From the NCBI GenBank assembly GCA_964016885.1, contig OZ024743.1:147932001-147996000 (forward strand): a stretch of 64,000 bases of DNA. Direction: 5' to 3'. This document shows, one piece after another, positions 42,170-55,647 of this stretch. Position 1 is the first letter of the stretch, and the number at the start of each line of letters is the position of its first letter. The stretch is from Eledone cirrhosa (lineage: Eukaryota). The position numbers and the translations under genes are program-made. The notes beneath the pieces are model-generated. The model searched no databases. It was not told where the DNA came from and saw only the letters and a program-made list of their open reading frames with translations.

Positions 42170-44520
42170 AAACGTAAATGGTGTGGGAGCTTGTAGTGAA
42201 GGTTCCTCCTCGTCCGGGAGGTGCCATGTGCTTCAAAAGCATAGGCCCGGGGATACGCAGAACTGTCAGGCAGCATAGATGACTGACGCGATGTACACAT
42301 TCACCTCCTCCGCTCAAACTTTCAAGGACAGCTTCCTCTCGGTCCATTTCTGGGTGAGAGTGGCTAAGCTGATCGTAACCTCGTCCCAATGATCAGCCAC
42401 CTGGAGGTCTGGTCCAAACCAAACCCCGAGCAACTTTACTGGTCCGTCCGTCCTGCGCCGGACAATGCTTTTAAAGGACATGGACTTGCCTCTCCATATA
42501 CTGAGCTACAAGCCCACCGAACTTTTCATGTTTACTTTTGCTCCCATCATCCTTTCATATTCCCACAAGAAAGTGCCGACTACCTCGATTTCTGAGGTGT
42601 TCAACACCATGACGGTAATGTCCGCATAAGTCGACACAGGTTTTCTGCGTCCCGGTTCGAGCGGGATGCTTGCAACAGCCCCAGCTTCCACAGTAAATAG
42701 TCGAGAGTCAATACGTAGAGAAAGTAGGAAAGAGGGCTCCCTTGACGAACCGATAGGGAGATCTGAAACGGTCCCGAAAGATGGCGATTATGTTTGATCA
42801 CTGAATAGACACCACTATGCATTGAAGCAATCCAGCCTATGAAGACGAGGCCGAAGCCAACTGTCTTGAGACAGATTCCAGGTATCGATGGTCGACCATA
42901 CCGAAGGATTTCAATTGATTTAAATTGATCAGAGCCCAACGAAGCCACCCTACCCTCTCAATGACATATCTCCTGAGGTTGAGGTTGTCGGGTATGGACC
43001 TGGTCGGGATTGCGTAAGTTTGCGCTTCCTCTATCAAATCCTCCAAGACAAGCGCCAACTTCTTCGTGAACACCTTGGCCAAAACCTTAAACTCTGTGTT
43101 TAGTAGAGTTATGGTCCTGAAATTGTTTAATTAATCCCTCTTGTTCTCGTCTTTCTTCATCAGTGTCACTTCACCCCACGTCACTGGAAATACTCCCGTT
43201 CTGCTGCCCTATGTAGAGCACTTCCAGGATATCGGGAAACAAGTCTCGCATATCTATGTAAAGCTCACAAGATAGACCATCAACGCCAGGTGACTTGCGC
43301 CTGGTGCAACTGAATAGGCCATCCTATGTCATGTTCAGCTTCCAGTAACGCGTCTTATTTAGTTCGGCCATATATATCACTAACTTGTGAGCTGAATAGG
43401 TGATCATTTCAACATTCGGACAGCTACACTATTCCGATCTATTTCCCTAACGAGAATCCTATCTATATACGATCTAGATGACATGATGTGGTTGGTTCAA
43501 GTCCAAACTCGTGCATTAGGGATCTCTAGTCGATACCTGTCCAATAGTTGGAACTGGCTAATCAAGTCCTTGACACTTTTGCATACTCCGCTACTATCAG
43601 CTACTCCTACACAATCCCAGCGTGCGTCTAAGATGAAGTCCCATTTCCCCGCTAAATGTAAATACCGAGACCTTCCCAGAAAGGCTTACGGGAGCCTAAA
43701 GAAGTCCGGCCGTCTGGCCCCTGTCAGGCGTAGATGGCCACCAGTCTGAAGATGCCACCTACACTATTGTACACGTCCAGGACCACCCACGTACAGTCCA
43801 GGTCCTGGAAGGTCGACCTTACCTCGAAATCCAGGCCTTTCCTAAACAGCACTGACACCACGCCTCTCCTACCCGGCCGACAAATAGATGCAAAGATCTG
43901 ATAGACGTCAATAATGTGGGCTAGTGAGCGCGTGTTGGAAATCCTGGTCTCGCTGACGGCAATCACGTCCATATCTACAGACCTAAGGTCGTTCAGCAGG
44001 TGTTCCTGCTTCCAGAACGACGCCAGGCCACGAGCATTTACGCATCCTACTCTTAGGATCGCTATGTTGGCAGGCTAAAAGAGAGAGTGGAAAGGTTTAC
44101 TTACCTGCCGGGGTCTTGGAGATTGAGTGATTCGACTGCTAAGTTTGGTGGGGTTTCCAGTGGGAAATTCATTAATGTTTTTATAAGTGTTTCTTGGCCT
44201 CCGTACCATCAGTCAAAGTCTTCACTTGTTACTAGGCCATGAGTTTTTTTTTCATTGGCCTTTCTTAGTAATACGAAGCTGAGTGCGTCTGTCGTTGTTG
44301 GCAAATACCCGTGTCTTCTTTTGTAAGAAATGATCTGGGGTTGAGTTGGTGTTGTTTACGGTTGCGGTGTTGGTTTATGTGTGTTTTGAGTGCGACTGTC
44401 GATATATATATACCTAGTACATATGGGGCGTGGAGAGGCATAACTGGTATGCTTCTGGTCTTCCACAAACACCTTACCAGGGATTGTGAGGAATAGAACC
44501 TTCTCCGTGGAAATCATACA
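42170..44520 (-). mobile_element. Second L1/Tx1-type LINE, decayed (EN and RT remnants, internal deletion)
   Basis: ILRVGCVNARGLA, DVIAVSETRIS, LVAIYA; RT motifs AKVFTKKL, QTYAIPTRSI.DNL, LINLNQLKSF..VDH, VRQGSPLS, STYADIT, GAKVN. Confidence 0.9.
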
Positions 44521-44542
44521 CTCACACACGCCCACTCACACA

Positions 44543-44629
<87 letters not shown>

Positions 44630-44643
44630 ACACACACACAGAA

Positions 44644-44683
<40 letters not shown>

Positions 44684-44917
44684 GTAGTGCCTGAGATGGT
44701 CGCTTGGCAACTAGCAGTTGCCTCCCCTTTTCAACTCTTCAGTGAGCGGAGGCAGGTTCACTCACTCTCTTTGGACCGCGGACATGAACAGACGTGGAAG
44801 GATTCGCTCCTCAAAATATTGACGTTGTAGGAAATTTATTAATTTATCGCATTTAATAAAATGATCGTTAGATTTGGTTGTTCATTTATTTATTCAACAA
44901 AGAGAAACATTCTTTTC

Positions 44918-44956
<39 letters not shown>

Positions 44957-46667
44957 TATATATATATACACATGATGATGATATTGATGAGGAGGAGGAT
45001 GACGACTGTGATCATGTTGATGATGACGATGACAACTTGTAAATTTTTATGCTGAAGTTTATAGAAGGTCAAAATTCTACAAAATTTCTTGCCTCCATAA
45101 CACAAAGGCAAAATGGTTGTTATAAATAATGACAATAAGCTAGAGGTTATTTACTTGATTCAACTTTGAGTATATTCCGGGTAACCTACAATATATATCA
45201 TCACGTTATGTCAACACTAACATTTCTATTATATCATGTTCATAAACTGAACTACACACTAACATAAGCGCGAGCACAACACACGAAGACATGCATGTCC
45301 ATACATTTGAAATGAAGAGTTACGTTCAAGCAGATATCAAAATAAATACGTGGATAGACAAAAACTGTGCTTTTTAAGATAATTATACGTAATACACACA
45401 CAAACATATAAGCATACGCACATGCATATGTTCACCACTGATATATATACAATGTATATATATATATACCATGGATATTTACAGGCATGTTAATAGCAAG
45501 AAGCACATAGACAGACGGGTAGACAAAAGAACAGTGAGAAACTATCGCACAGTGTAGACAGACAATAAAACGAACAATATCATATAGAATTTGCTCTTAT
45601 TGAACATCATGGATAGTAAATATTTAAAAAAAGTAGATTCAATCGTATGTATTTCATGAAAATAACATATGCAACAAAATAGCGGAGATCTTTTTAGTCC
45701 TTTGAAGAAAGCCGAAGCAAAGTTTGGAGTAAAGGTTATGAGTGGTATAGATATAATTGTTTCGTATGGATAGTTCAAGATTTACAGATAAATTCTCTAT
45801 CTAGATGACTATATATTTCCGTTCTGTATGTGTATTTATATATTGATATGAGGCTTTATGTATGTGAATGAATATGCGTGTGATATCCATATGACGTGTG
45901 TATGGTTGTATCAGTGAAATACATATGACAACCTCCGAAGCACGTCAATATATTCAAACGTTCTTGTTTTAAATACATGGTTTCTACCGCTATGTCAGTT
46001 ACACATAAACATACATACACCTATATAGACACACACTCACAAATACACACACGGAAAGACATTAAGACACACAAACACAGACTCAGACACTGAGGCACAC
46101 ACGCAGACAAACATAGAAACACATACACATGCACACTCACATACACATACACACTCATACACACACACACCACACGTACACACATATATATATATATATT
46201 TACATAAACATATATATAACATATATATATATATATATAGATATACACATATATATCATATATACATATATATCATATATATATATATACATATATACAT
46301 ACACATATGCATATACATATATAAAGATATACATAAATGTATATGTTTACCATTGTGCGCAAATCATAAGATCACAATAATACTATCACATGAACTAACC
46401 ACTGTGAATAATTTTCATTTAAGAAAGTCAGAAAGTCATTCATATTCTATGTATTATTCTTTATTTTTTCCAAGCTTGCTATATAAAATTGTACTCTTTT
46501 TTTCTTTTGTCTTTATATAATCCTATTTTTATTGTCATTTGATATATATATTCAAGATTAAATTAAAGGTTATCTTTTAAAGCTGGTGTTTTATCATTTT
46601 TGTGTTTGTGTATATTTATTTACATATATGCTGTACATGTGCATTGATACGAGTATGTGTGCCTGTC

Positions 46668-46754
<87 letters not shown>

Positions 46755-46779
46755 TCTCTCTCTCTCTCTCGCTCTCTCG

Positions 46780-46825
<46 letters not shown>

Positions 46826-47517
46826 CTATGTATGTATATATATATATATGTGTGCGTGTGTGTGTGTGTATACATGCATTCATTGCTGTTTACTCCTTTC
46901 TAGTATTACTGCTATCAAATCACAAGTGATGTCAGCTTAAGTTATAAAATATTTTGTTCCACTTCAGTAACTATATGTCAGAGAGAAAATTTCTCTTTGC
47001 TTTCTTTACGATACTTACTTTAAAGTATTGGCTGTGGAAATTCTCTTGATTCTACCATGGATGTCTTTCGTTGAAACAAACTGTAGGCTTATTTTTCTAT
47101 TATATTACACCACAGCGGAATTTGAAATCAAAACGTAAAGTGCAGTGAAAATAATACAAGGCGTTCTGTTGACTGTTGTAATGTTTGTAACGAATCCACC
47201 GAAATTTAGCTAATTTTTAAGTGGATAAATTATACATTTAAATTAGTGTTCGATTATTATGCATTGAATATGAATTATAATAAAATTTACCAGCTTAACG
47301 ATTTCTAGAGTGGGTATCTTTAATAGTCTCTATACAAGTGTATGTTCAGCATTTTGCAGCATTTTTCAGCGAGAACGCGAAATGTTTGAGGAAGGAAACT
47401 ATCTTTAGATAGGAGATTTGAGTATGTATGTATGTATGTATGTATGTATGTATGTATATATCTATATATCTATCTATCTATCGATATATATATAATACAT
47501 TATATTATAATATATAA

Positions 47518-47706
47518 GGTGGTGGATTGGCAGTATCGGTAGAGGGTCGGACGCCATGCTTTCCAGCATAGTTACGTCCCTTTACGAACTGAGTTCAAAT
47601 CCCGCCAAGGTTAACTTTGCCTTTCATCCTTACGGGGTCGATAAAATAAAGTACCAGTAATACACTGGGATAATTGCTGGCCTTGTGCCAAAAGTAGAAA
47701 CAATTA
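47518..47706 (+). mobile_element. SINE family 1 with AT-rich TSD
   Basis: Full A/B-box head and body; attatattataatatat on both sides. Confidence 0.92.
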
Positions 47707-48269
47707 TATTATAATATATTAAGTATACATCGAAGCTGAAGCTGCAATAGTGCAGACACCAGTCGAGTTGTTTTAAGCTGTCCCAAAAGTACTCAATGAT
47801 ACGAGAAGTTAATCAATTTGTCCACTTCAGTAAAGCAGATAAAGTTACACAATGGAGACACTATGAATAATAAATAGACCAGGTGTATATAGCCACGGTA
47901 TATAACATCAACAACGACGAATGCCAATATGTGAAATAATTATTCACCTGAACCGATTAAGGTTTCTTGAGACCCTAAACTAGTGCACCATGTAATGCAT
48001 CTAGCAATCGTTACACAATAGAAAGGGTACTTATTCCTTGGCAGGGTTTTGTCCGATAAAGCCGACATCGATCTTACGATAAAGAGACTGAGAGTTACGA
48101 TGATATAGTTGTCGGCTCTGCAGTTTCTCATCATCTTAAAAAATCGAAATCATTGAGTGAATGGAACCAAAGAGATATTTACAACCTAAAAAATAATCTC
48201 TCGACTGGTTTGCATAAACACATTAACCAATATACCAATTCATCAATTATTTAAACTAGGAGAATATTA

Positions 48270-48390
48270 TTGTAAGGTACTCAATAAATTAGTAGAATGT
48301 AAACATATTTAATACAGAAATTGCTTCCACATTACTGATGCTTATTTTTTATACCAATGAAACTGTTCTAGTCCTGTAGAAATCATTAAA
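48270..48390. repeat. Degenerate relative of fold-back family A
   Basis: gtaaggtactcaata...tttaatacaga matches the family A tail; ctgatgc...aatgaaactgttctagtcctgtaga matches its HHR. Confidence 0.6.
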
Positions 48391-48399
48391 AAAAATTGA

Positions 48400-50327
48400 A
48401 TATGATACACGTGGTGAGAAGAATCAATACAGAAGTCAAAGACCTTGCTGCCGCCCTTAAGGTAGATAAGAAACTTCAATGCTTAGCTAAGCGTCAGGCG
48501 TTTCTCACCCTGATGGATCACAAGGTAGACTTTGCTTCTAATCCCACGTGTAGACTACTAAACCCGGCACGCACGTAAATGGGACTAGTCAGTAAGGCCA
48601 TACTTAGAAAGATAGTTAAGACCATTAGGACCAAGTCCAGCCTGTCCCAGTGGGAGAATAGAGACACCGTCATTAAGTGGTTTAACTCCTTCAACTCCAA
48701 AAAAGCGAAGTTCGCGCAATTCGACATTGTGGATTTTCACCCGTCGATCTCAGAGACCCTGTTAAACAAGGCGTTGGACTTGGCTACCACTTACACTACC
48801 GTCCATTTTTTAGACATCGCACACTGCCAGAAAAGAAAACCCTCCCCTTCAACAATGGAGTAGCCTGGACAAAGAAGCCAACCACTTCAGAGCTATTCGA
48901 CGTCTCCATGGGATTGTTTGACAGTGCTAACGTACGCGACTTGGTGGCTTATTTATTTTAGATATATTACGTGTTAGATTCTCGGACTTCCACACGGGAA
49001 TATACCGCGGCGATGGTCTGAACCTATCAGGCCATAAAAGTGGTCACGACCTGAACCCGTTTGCAAAAGATTTAATTTCTACTTTTACTGATTTAGGACT
49101 TAGGATAACGGTAGCTACCAGCCTCTCTAGCGTAGATTTCTTAGATATTAATTTACACCTTCGCACACATACGTTCAGACCCTTCCATAACCTAAATGAA
49201 AAACTTAATTACTTACACAAGAACTCATGCCACCCTCCTACTGAGTTGAGAAACTTCGCAAATAATATCAGTACTAGAATCTCTTCCTCTCCTCTAATAA
49301 AGCAATATTTGACAGAGTGGCCCCCTTCTACAACACGGTGTTAGGTAACAGCGGCTTCTCGCAACCAATTACTCATATTCCCGCTAACACCAATAGCAAT
49401 AAGAAAAGAAATCGTACCAATAGACAAACTATCTCGTTCTCTCTTCCCTTTTCACTCAACGTTAAAACTAACGTAGGGAAAATCATTTAGCCCTCTTAGA
49501 TAGACACTTTCCCATAGGTCACAAATACCGCTCCATCTTTAACAGACAGAGAGTAAAACTAGGGTACTCCTGCGCTAAGAATATGAAAACCCACATCATC
49601 AACATCCTTAAGAGCGGAACCACACTAGGATACCCTTGCCGAAAGCCTGAAGCTTGTCATCTTCAACAGCAATGCAACACACCCGCTGTAGTTTATGAAG
49701 CTGTGGTCACTTCCAAGCGACCAAATCAACCACAAGAGGTCAAATCCTATGTGGCCATGGCGGAGGGCCGGTTTAAGGAACGCTTCCTAAATTATCAGTC
49801 GACCTTTAGGAACCCGGACAAACGATCAACCACGAAGGTCGCGAGCCAGGTATGGCTCCTCAAATACTCAGTTATAGACTACTCCATTCAATGGGAAGCT
49901 GTCACTAAGTCCAAGCCATACGCAAGGGGTAATCCGTCTTGTGGACTGTGTATTGAAGATAGGATAAATATTGTAAGGAGATTACGCAATAGCGATTGCC
50001 TAAATTAAGGAAATGAAACATTCACACGTTGTCCACACATCTGGAAACACTTCTTCCATAACTACGAATCACCGGATTGAATAACAGCAACATCTAATAT
50101 TCTAATCAACTCGAGCAATTTATTCCGGACATTCGCAGTTACCCCCCTTACATATTTCGACCGTGGTTTTGTTTTGTATCGCTTGGGCGAAGTGACTGTT
50201 TCTGTGCATGCGTGTTCATACGGATGTTTCTTTTTCCTGTTCCGATAGCAATTACCAGTCCGAGCTGAGGATCCGCATAAGGTGAAAAAATTGTTCTCGG
50301 TATGGTGAACTGACTGTTGTATTACTA

Positions 50328-50330
<3 letters not shown>
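48400..50330 (+). mobile_element. Decayed PLE of the same clade as 7245-9530 (RT plus GIY-YIG pseudogene, 3' HHR)
   Basis: AFLTLMDHK..F..NPTCRLLNP, QFDIVDFHPSISE, GIYRGDGL, HFP..HKYRSIFNR, VVYEAVV..SYVAMAEGRFKERF; stops and frameshifts. Confidence 0.88.
50260..50300 (+). ncRNA. Minimal type I hammerhead at PLE 3' end
   Basis: ccgag CTGAGGA t-cc-gcataa-gg-t GAAA a-aatt-g TT ctcgg; perfect helix I; one substitution away from palindromic ACAATTGT helix III. Confidence 0.8.
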
Positions 50331-50384
<54 letters not shown>

Positions 50385-50386
<2 letters not shown>

Positions 50387-50672
50387 CACCTTGACCACCT
50401 TGACCGACCAGTCTGTCGGGTGCCAATCGGCGCCGCTGTTCACAGCACGTCGTGCAGTTTTCGCCATAAGATAACGCCATCCCACTGGCTGGGCGGGAAG
50501 GCCGGTATTCATTTCTACAGCTGAGTAAACTGGGGCAACATGAAATAAAGTGTCTTGTTCAAGGGAACAACACATCATCCGGTCCGAGAATTGAATTCAC
50601 AACTTTTCGATTGCAAGTCCAATTCTTTAATCACTAAGCCATGCGCCTTCACTTGCGCATGGCTTAGTGGTT
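50385..50672 (-). mobile_element. Second tRNA-derived SINE family with CORE-like central domain and inverted head duplication
   Basis: Minus strand A-box tggcttagtgattaa, B-box-like gaattcaattctc, then ccttgaacaagacacttta; inverted copy gcgcatggcttagtggtt at 50655-50672. Confidence 0.75.
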
Positions 50673-50691
50673 ATATATATATATATATATA

Positions 50692-50749
<58 letters not shown>

Positions 50750-50754
<5 letters not shown>

Positions 50755-51260
50755 CATGAGAAGAAAGAATACTGCGTGGTTGCACATGGGTTACATATGA
50801 TAAAAATAGTCCTTCGTCAGTGATTTTCCAACCTTCATTGGTATTTCATCGCTTTAAAAATCAAATACCTCCGGTTGGTGCGAGCAATAGCTAAATAAAG
50901 CTATTGGGACAAGTAAATCGCGTAAAGCGAGCGAGACAGTAAACAACAAGGAAGGATAGCAACGCAAAGATAGGAAAAAACAAGCAGCATTGAGATCCGG
51001 TCAGCTTAAGCTGTGTGGATTTCATGAGCGAGGGAAATACAGACCGTCCGGCGTGTGTGAGATGTGAGCAAGAAGAGAACCCACTACAGGCCAAACGGAA
51101 GGGAGTGAGAAGGGGAGAAACAGAGAGTGAGTGAGTGGAAGTGCGAGGAAGAGGCCAGTCGAGAAAAAGTGTAACTGACAGAGGGGGCGAAAGAAGGTGA
51201 CAGAAACAGAGAGAGCGGGGAAGCAGTAAGAGAGAAACAGACAAACGCAGCTGAGGAGAA
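50750..51260 (-). repeat. Family X repeat, second copy
   Basis: Reverse-complement homology to 14977-15535. Confidence 0.8.
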
Positions 51261-51271
51261 TATATATATAA

Positions 51272-51358
<87 letters not shown>

Positions 51359-51382
51359 TTATATATGTATATATATATATAT

Positions 51383-51529
<147 letters not shown>

Positions 51530-51795
51530 TTGGTAAACGGAATAGATAATGCTGACAAATTGTTCACAGTTGAAAAATGGTTTAATTAGGAATAAAAGAG
51601 TATTAGTGATTGTATGGGTTAGTATTCAGTTGTGGTTTTAAGTTTTTAAGTTTTTACCGGTTGCGCATTTCTAAATGCTTTTCAAAAATAATTTTGAGAT
51701 AGAGTGTCCGTGCTGTTTGCTCTGAGCTGATTAGTTTTGGGAATTCTACCTGTTTTTATGTTAAAAAAATGGCTCCAGCGTTATTTTTGTGTTAA

Positions 51796-52932
51796 ATCAC
51801 CCTCTACACTAAAGTCTTAAACAAATTTGGAAACACCCTCCACTTACACATTGAAAGGAACTGGAAGCGATATCTAGATGACTGCTTCATCCTTTGGCAC
51901 GAAAACATCGAAAAACTTAAAGAATTTCACACCCTTATAAATGGGCTCAACACAAATATTAACTTCACGATGGAATACAGCCATCAACAACTCCCCTTCC
52001 TCGACATCCTCATTAAGATCCATAACAAAAAAATAGAAACAGACATATACTACAAGCCCACAGACTCCAAGCAATACCTCCCCTTCAACTCTTGCCACCC
52101 TAGACACGTTAAAATTAATATTCCCTACAACTTAGCCAAGAGAATCTGTACTATAGTCTCCAATAAAAACATCTGCTACTTACGGCTACAAGAACTAAAG
52201 GACACACTCATAGGCAGGGACTACCCTGCATCACTAATTGACAATGGAATCCAACGTGCCCTAAAACTCAGTACCCAGGACCTTAGACACCCTAAAGTAA
52301 ATCAACCAAAACTAAAAGCTCTTCCATACATCTCCACACACAACCCCCTCAACAACGAGGCCTTTGACACCATCCTCCAGAACATCCCTGTATTGAAAAA
52401 GGACCATAGAATGAACCAAATTCTACGAACACACGATATCATAAAGAGCAAAAGACAATCCAAGTCAATGAAAAACATCTTAACACATGCCAAAGTACTG
52501 CCAACCACAACAACGAAACCCACAGTAAAAAAATGCGATAGACCCAACTGTGGCATTTGCATCAACCTAATAGAGGGTTCGGAATTCTATTTCAAAGATG
52601 GACAACGTTTTATAGTAAAACACAATTTCACATGTGCATCGGAAAATTTAATATATGTATTAACTTGTTCAGATTGTCGAGAACAATACATAGGCCAGAC
52701 CAAAAACAGCCTCCGCCAACGCATGACTGTCCATAGATCCCAAATTAAAATACGGGAATACAGGAAAATACCATTGAGTGAACACATTGATACCTGCGCC
52801 GCCCAAAATCATCCCAACTTCAGAATCTTTCCCCTCTACAAATTTAAAGATAATGCCACCCACACCCAGCGCATCAGCAAGGAATCTTACTTCATTAACA
52901 AATACGGACCCCGTCTAAACACTTCTCCCTAA
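51796..52932 (+). CDS. PLE RT C-terminus plus Cys-rich linker plus GIY-YIG endonuclease (5'-truncated, open)
   Basis: WKRYLDDCFILW upstream in frame; LPFLDILI, TDIYYKPTD, SCHPRH, KCDRPNCGIC, FTCASENLIYVLTCSDCREQYIGQT..LRQR...H. Confidence 0.92.
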   Translation: MTLYTKVLNKFGNTLHLHIERNWKRYLDDCFILWHENIEKLKEFHTLINGLNTNINFTMEYSHQQLPFLDILIKIHNKKIETDIYYKPTDSKQYLPFNSCHPRHVKINIPYNLAKRICTIVSNKNICYLRLQELKDTLIGRDYPASLIDNGIQRALKLSTQDLRHPKVNQPKLKALPYISTHNPLNNEAFDTILQNIPVLKKDHRMNQILRTHDIIKSKRQSKSMKNILTHAKVLPTTTTKPTVKKCDRPNCGICINLIEGSEFYFKDGQRFIVKHNFTCASENLIYVLTCSDCREQYIGQTKNSLRQRMTVHRSQIKIREYRKIPLSEHIDTCAAQNHPNFRIFPLYKFKDNATHTQRISKESYFINKYGPRLNTSP

Positions 52933-53072
52933 GCCGAACCCACAACATACACACGTCAACATACATACCTACATCAGCACACATCTCTACCCACATATAA
53001 ACACAATGACACACGTAAACACACATGCTCTATGGTGCAATACAAAAAAATATATGTGCATATATATGTATG

Positions 53073-53107
<35 letters not shown>

Positions 53108-53409
53108 ATATATATATATATAGTGAATATCATTTCACACCTTTTATTGTTAAGATTGTTGATGTTCTATTAAGAGAACCGATTTTACTGAAAAAATCGA
53201 ATAATGTACACCATTTTACCAGGGGGGAAAAAAATACTGGTCCACCCACACACGCACACACACACACACATATATACACAAACACATACACACGCGTACA
53301 TCAACATACAAAGAGATTTATACACACACACACACACACGCACTTCTCCGTATAAGACAAAAGCTGAAAAATATCTTTTGACCTTCGAATGACTCTGCTG
53401 TGTGTATGT

Positions 53410-53443
<34 letters not shown>

Positions 53444-53515
53444 ATCTTAATAGCCATTTGACACACATCGCTGGTGGCTATTGTCGCAGCATCGAACACC
53501 TTACTACTACTACTA

Positions 53516-53571
<56 letters not shown>

Positions 53572-53596
53572 TTGTTGTGAAAGAGTCATTTCTCAA

Positions 53597-53775
53597 TCTT
53601 GGCGCAAAACCAATTTTTTATCCACATGACCTCTACCGACCAATCAAAATTGTTTTGACCAATAATTTTTGCTGGAGTCACTTTTCTAACATTTTAACAT
53701 AAAAACAGTCTTGGCGCAAAATCAACTTTTTACATTCACATGACCTCTACCGACCAATCAAAATTGTTTTGACCA
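53597..53775. repeat. Two tandem ~65 bp modules (112 bp period) in the PLE 3' region
   Basis: tcttggcgcaaaa...cacatgacctctaccgaccaatcaaaattgttttgacca occurs twice. Confidence 0.9.
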
Positions 53776-54087
53776 CAAGCATTTTTGCAACACAAAAATA
53801 ACGCTGGAGCCATTTTTTTAACATAAAAACAGGTAGAATTCCCAAAACTAATCAGATCAGAGCAAACAGCACGGACACTCTATCTCAAAATTATTTTTGA
53901 AAAGCATTTAGAAATGCGCAACCGGTAAAAACTTAAAAACTTTAAACCACAACTGAATACTAACCCATACAATCACTAATACTCTTTTATTCCTAATTAA
54001 ACCATTTTTCAACTGTGAACAATTTGTCAGCATTTTCTATTCCGTTTACCAATATATAATAACTTGTGTGTTACACCTCTATTCTTT

Positions 54088-54130
<43 letters not shown>

Positions 54131-54324
54131 GTTATTCCAGGTTGAATCGGAGGTAACCACAGTAAGTAAGGTACTCAATACATTGCAGAGTATAAAAGTT
54201 TTAATATAGATGAGATTCTACAGGACTAGAACTGTTTCATTCTTTAGAAATCATCTGGAGATTCCTGATGATTTCTAAAGAATGAAACAGTTCTAGTCCT
54301 GTAGAATCTCATCTATATTAAAAC
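54131..54324. mobile_element. Fold-back hammerhead cassette family A, second copy
   Basis: Same outer boundaries as 16524-16721, different central junction. Confidence 0.9.
54258..54310 (+). ncRNA. Type I hammerhead with intact core; predicted cleavage after 54303
   Basis: gagattc CTGATGA t-ttc-taaa-gaa-t GAAA cag-ttctagtc-ctg TA gaatctc; 7-bp helix I and 4-bp helix III. Confidence 0.85.
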
Positions 54325-54410
<86 letters not shown>

Positions 54411-54411
54411 A

Positions 54412-54470
<59 letters not shown>

Positions 54471-54477
<7 letters not shown>

Positions 54478-54889
54478 ATACTTTGGAAGGGTCATGTTGC
54501 CAATAAGAAACACACACACCAGTTGCTTTCACTTCAATTTATTACGAATTAAATTTATAAATTTACGAGTCTTCCAGAAGATGGCGTAGGACAGAACAAA
54601 GGAGGAGCATAAAAACAAAGAAAAGAATCCCCAGTCACTGAAGAGGTCACAGAATGTGTGACGAAAGAACTTTGAAAATATATGAACAATCGTCTGGTTG
54701 TGGAACTAACCAACCAACCGGAAATTTATAAATTCCTAAATCTATAAATTCAATTTATAATAAATTGAAGTGATAGCAACTGGTGCGTGTGTTTCTTATT
54801 GGCAACATGACCCTCCCAAAGTATAACAATATCGGTTTCAACACCCGTTTTCAGATAAAGAATCTTGCTAAACAAATTCAGAAACGAAA
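54471..54889 (+). mobile_element. Non-coding PLE-type insert: ~95 bp inverted arms around an internal hammerhead (54635-54675), with right tail
   Basis: tattgttatactttgg...cccaaagtataacaata; tca CTGAAGA g-gtcaca-gaatg-tgtgac GAAA gaac TT tga. Confidence 0.8.
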
Positions 54890-55442
54890 TATATATATAT
54901 ATTTATATATTATTAAGTGTAATGAATTCTTTTACAATGGAATTAGCTCAAAAGGAAATATTCCTGAGCCGTGTATAAAAGTAATATATATGAGTAATAT
55001 ATATGATGAAACAGATACTAACACATCTGTATTTATATTGCAAAAGAAAATTTAGCCAGAATGAAGAATATTAATTATTTTACTACAGTTCGTCCACATC
55101 GATTTAAAATAATAAATCGACAAAAACTAGCTGCGCTGCCAAACGGCTATGATGTTTATACACATTTAAATTTCAAAATCAAACCTGTTCCGTAGATAAG
55201 TTTAAACTTTAAAATCCAAACATGTTTCGAGATGAATAAGTGTATAAGTGTAGGAATATCATGCCACTGCTCTCCTCAGTAAACATCCAGAGACAATTGA
55301 TAAGCTTCACTTCTAAATAATTTAAAAGACTGTGTGACGCACATGGGTTCACAGATTCAAGCTAGTCTCATAACCGTACGGTTATATACCAATATGTTGA
55401 TTTAAAACTGCACTATCCACAAGTGTTTTTTAGCCTTCATAT

Positions 55443-55527
55443 CATGTTCTCCTGTTTTATCTGATGAAAACACAAATATTATTGCATGATGATGTTTGTT
55501 TTTGAAATGCGCATAATAAAATACATG
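55443..55527 (+). ncRNA. Type I hammerhead with intact core and bulged helix I; predicted cleavage after 55515
   Basis: catgt..ttttat CTGATGA aaac-acaaatat..atgtttgt-tttt GAAA t-gcgc-a TA ataaaa-t-acatg; palindromic ATGCGCAT helix III. Confidence 0.82.
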
Positions 55528-55553
55528 GAACTCCTTTAACCATCTTTTGATCT

Positions 55554-55647
<94 letters not shown>

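Noticed and set aside
44098-44110. U1 snRNA 5' end (tacttacctg)
   Set aside because: Similarity stops after about 10 nt; better explained as a minus-strand splice-donor motif.
44700-44748. Minus-strand CTGAAGA-gtt-GAAA hammerhead candidate
   Set aside because: No helix III adjacent to GAAA and no matching helix I.
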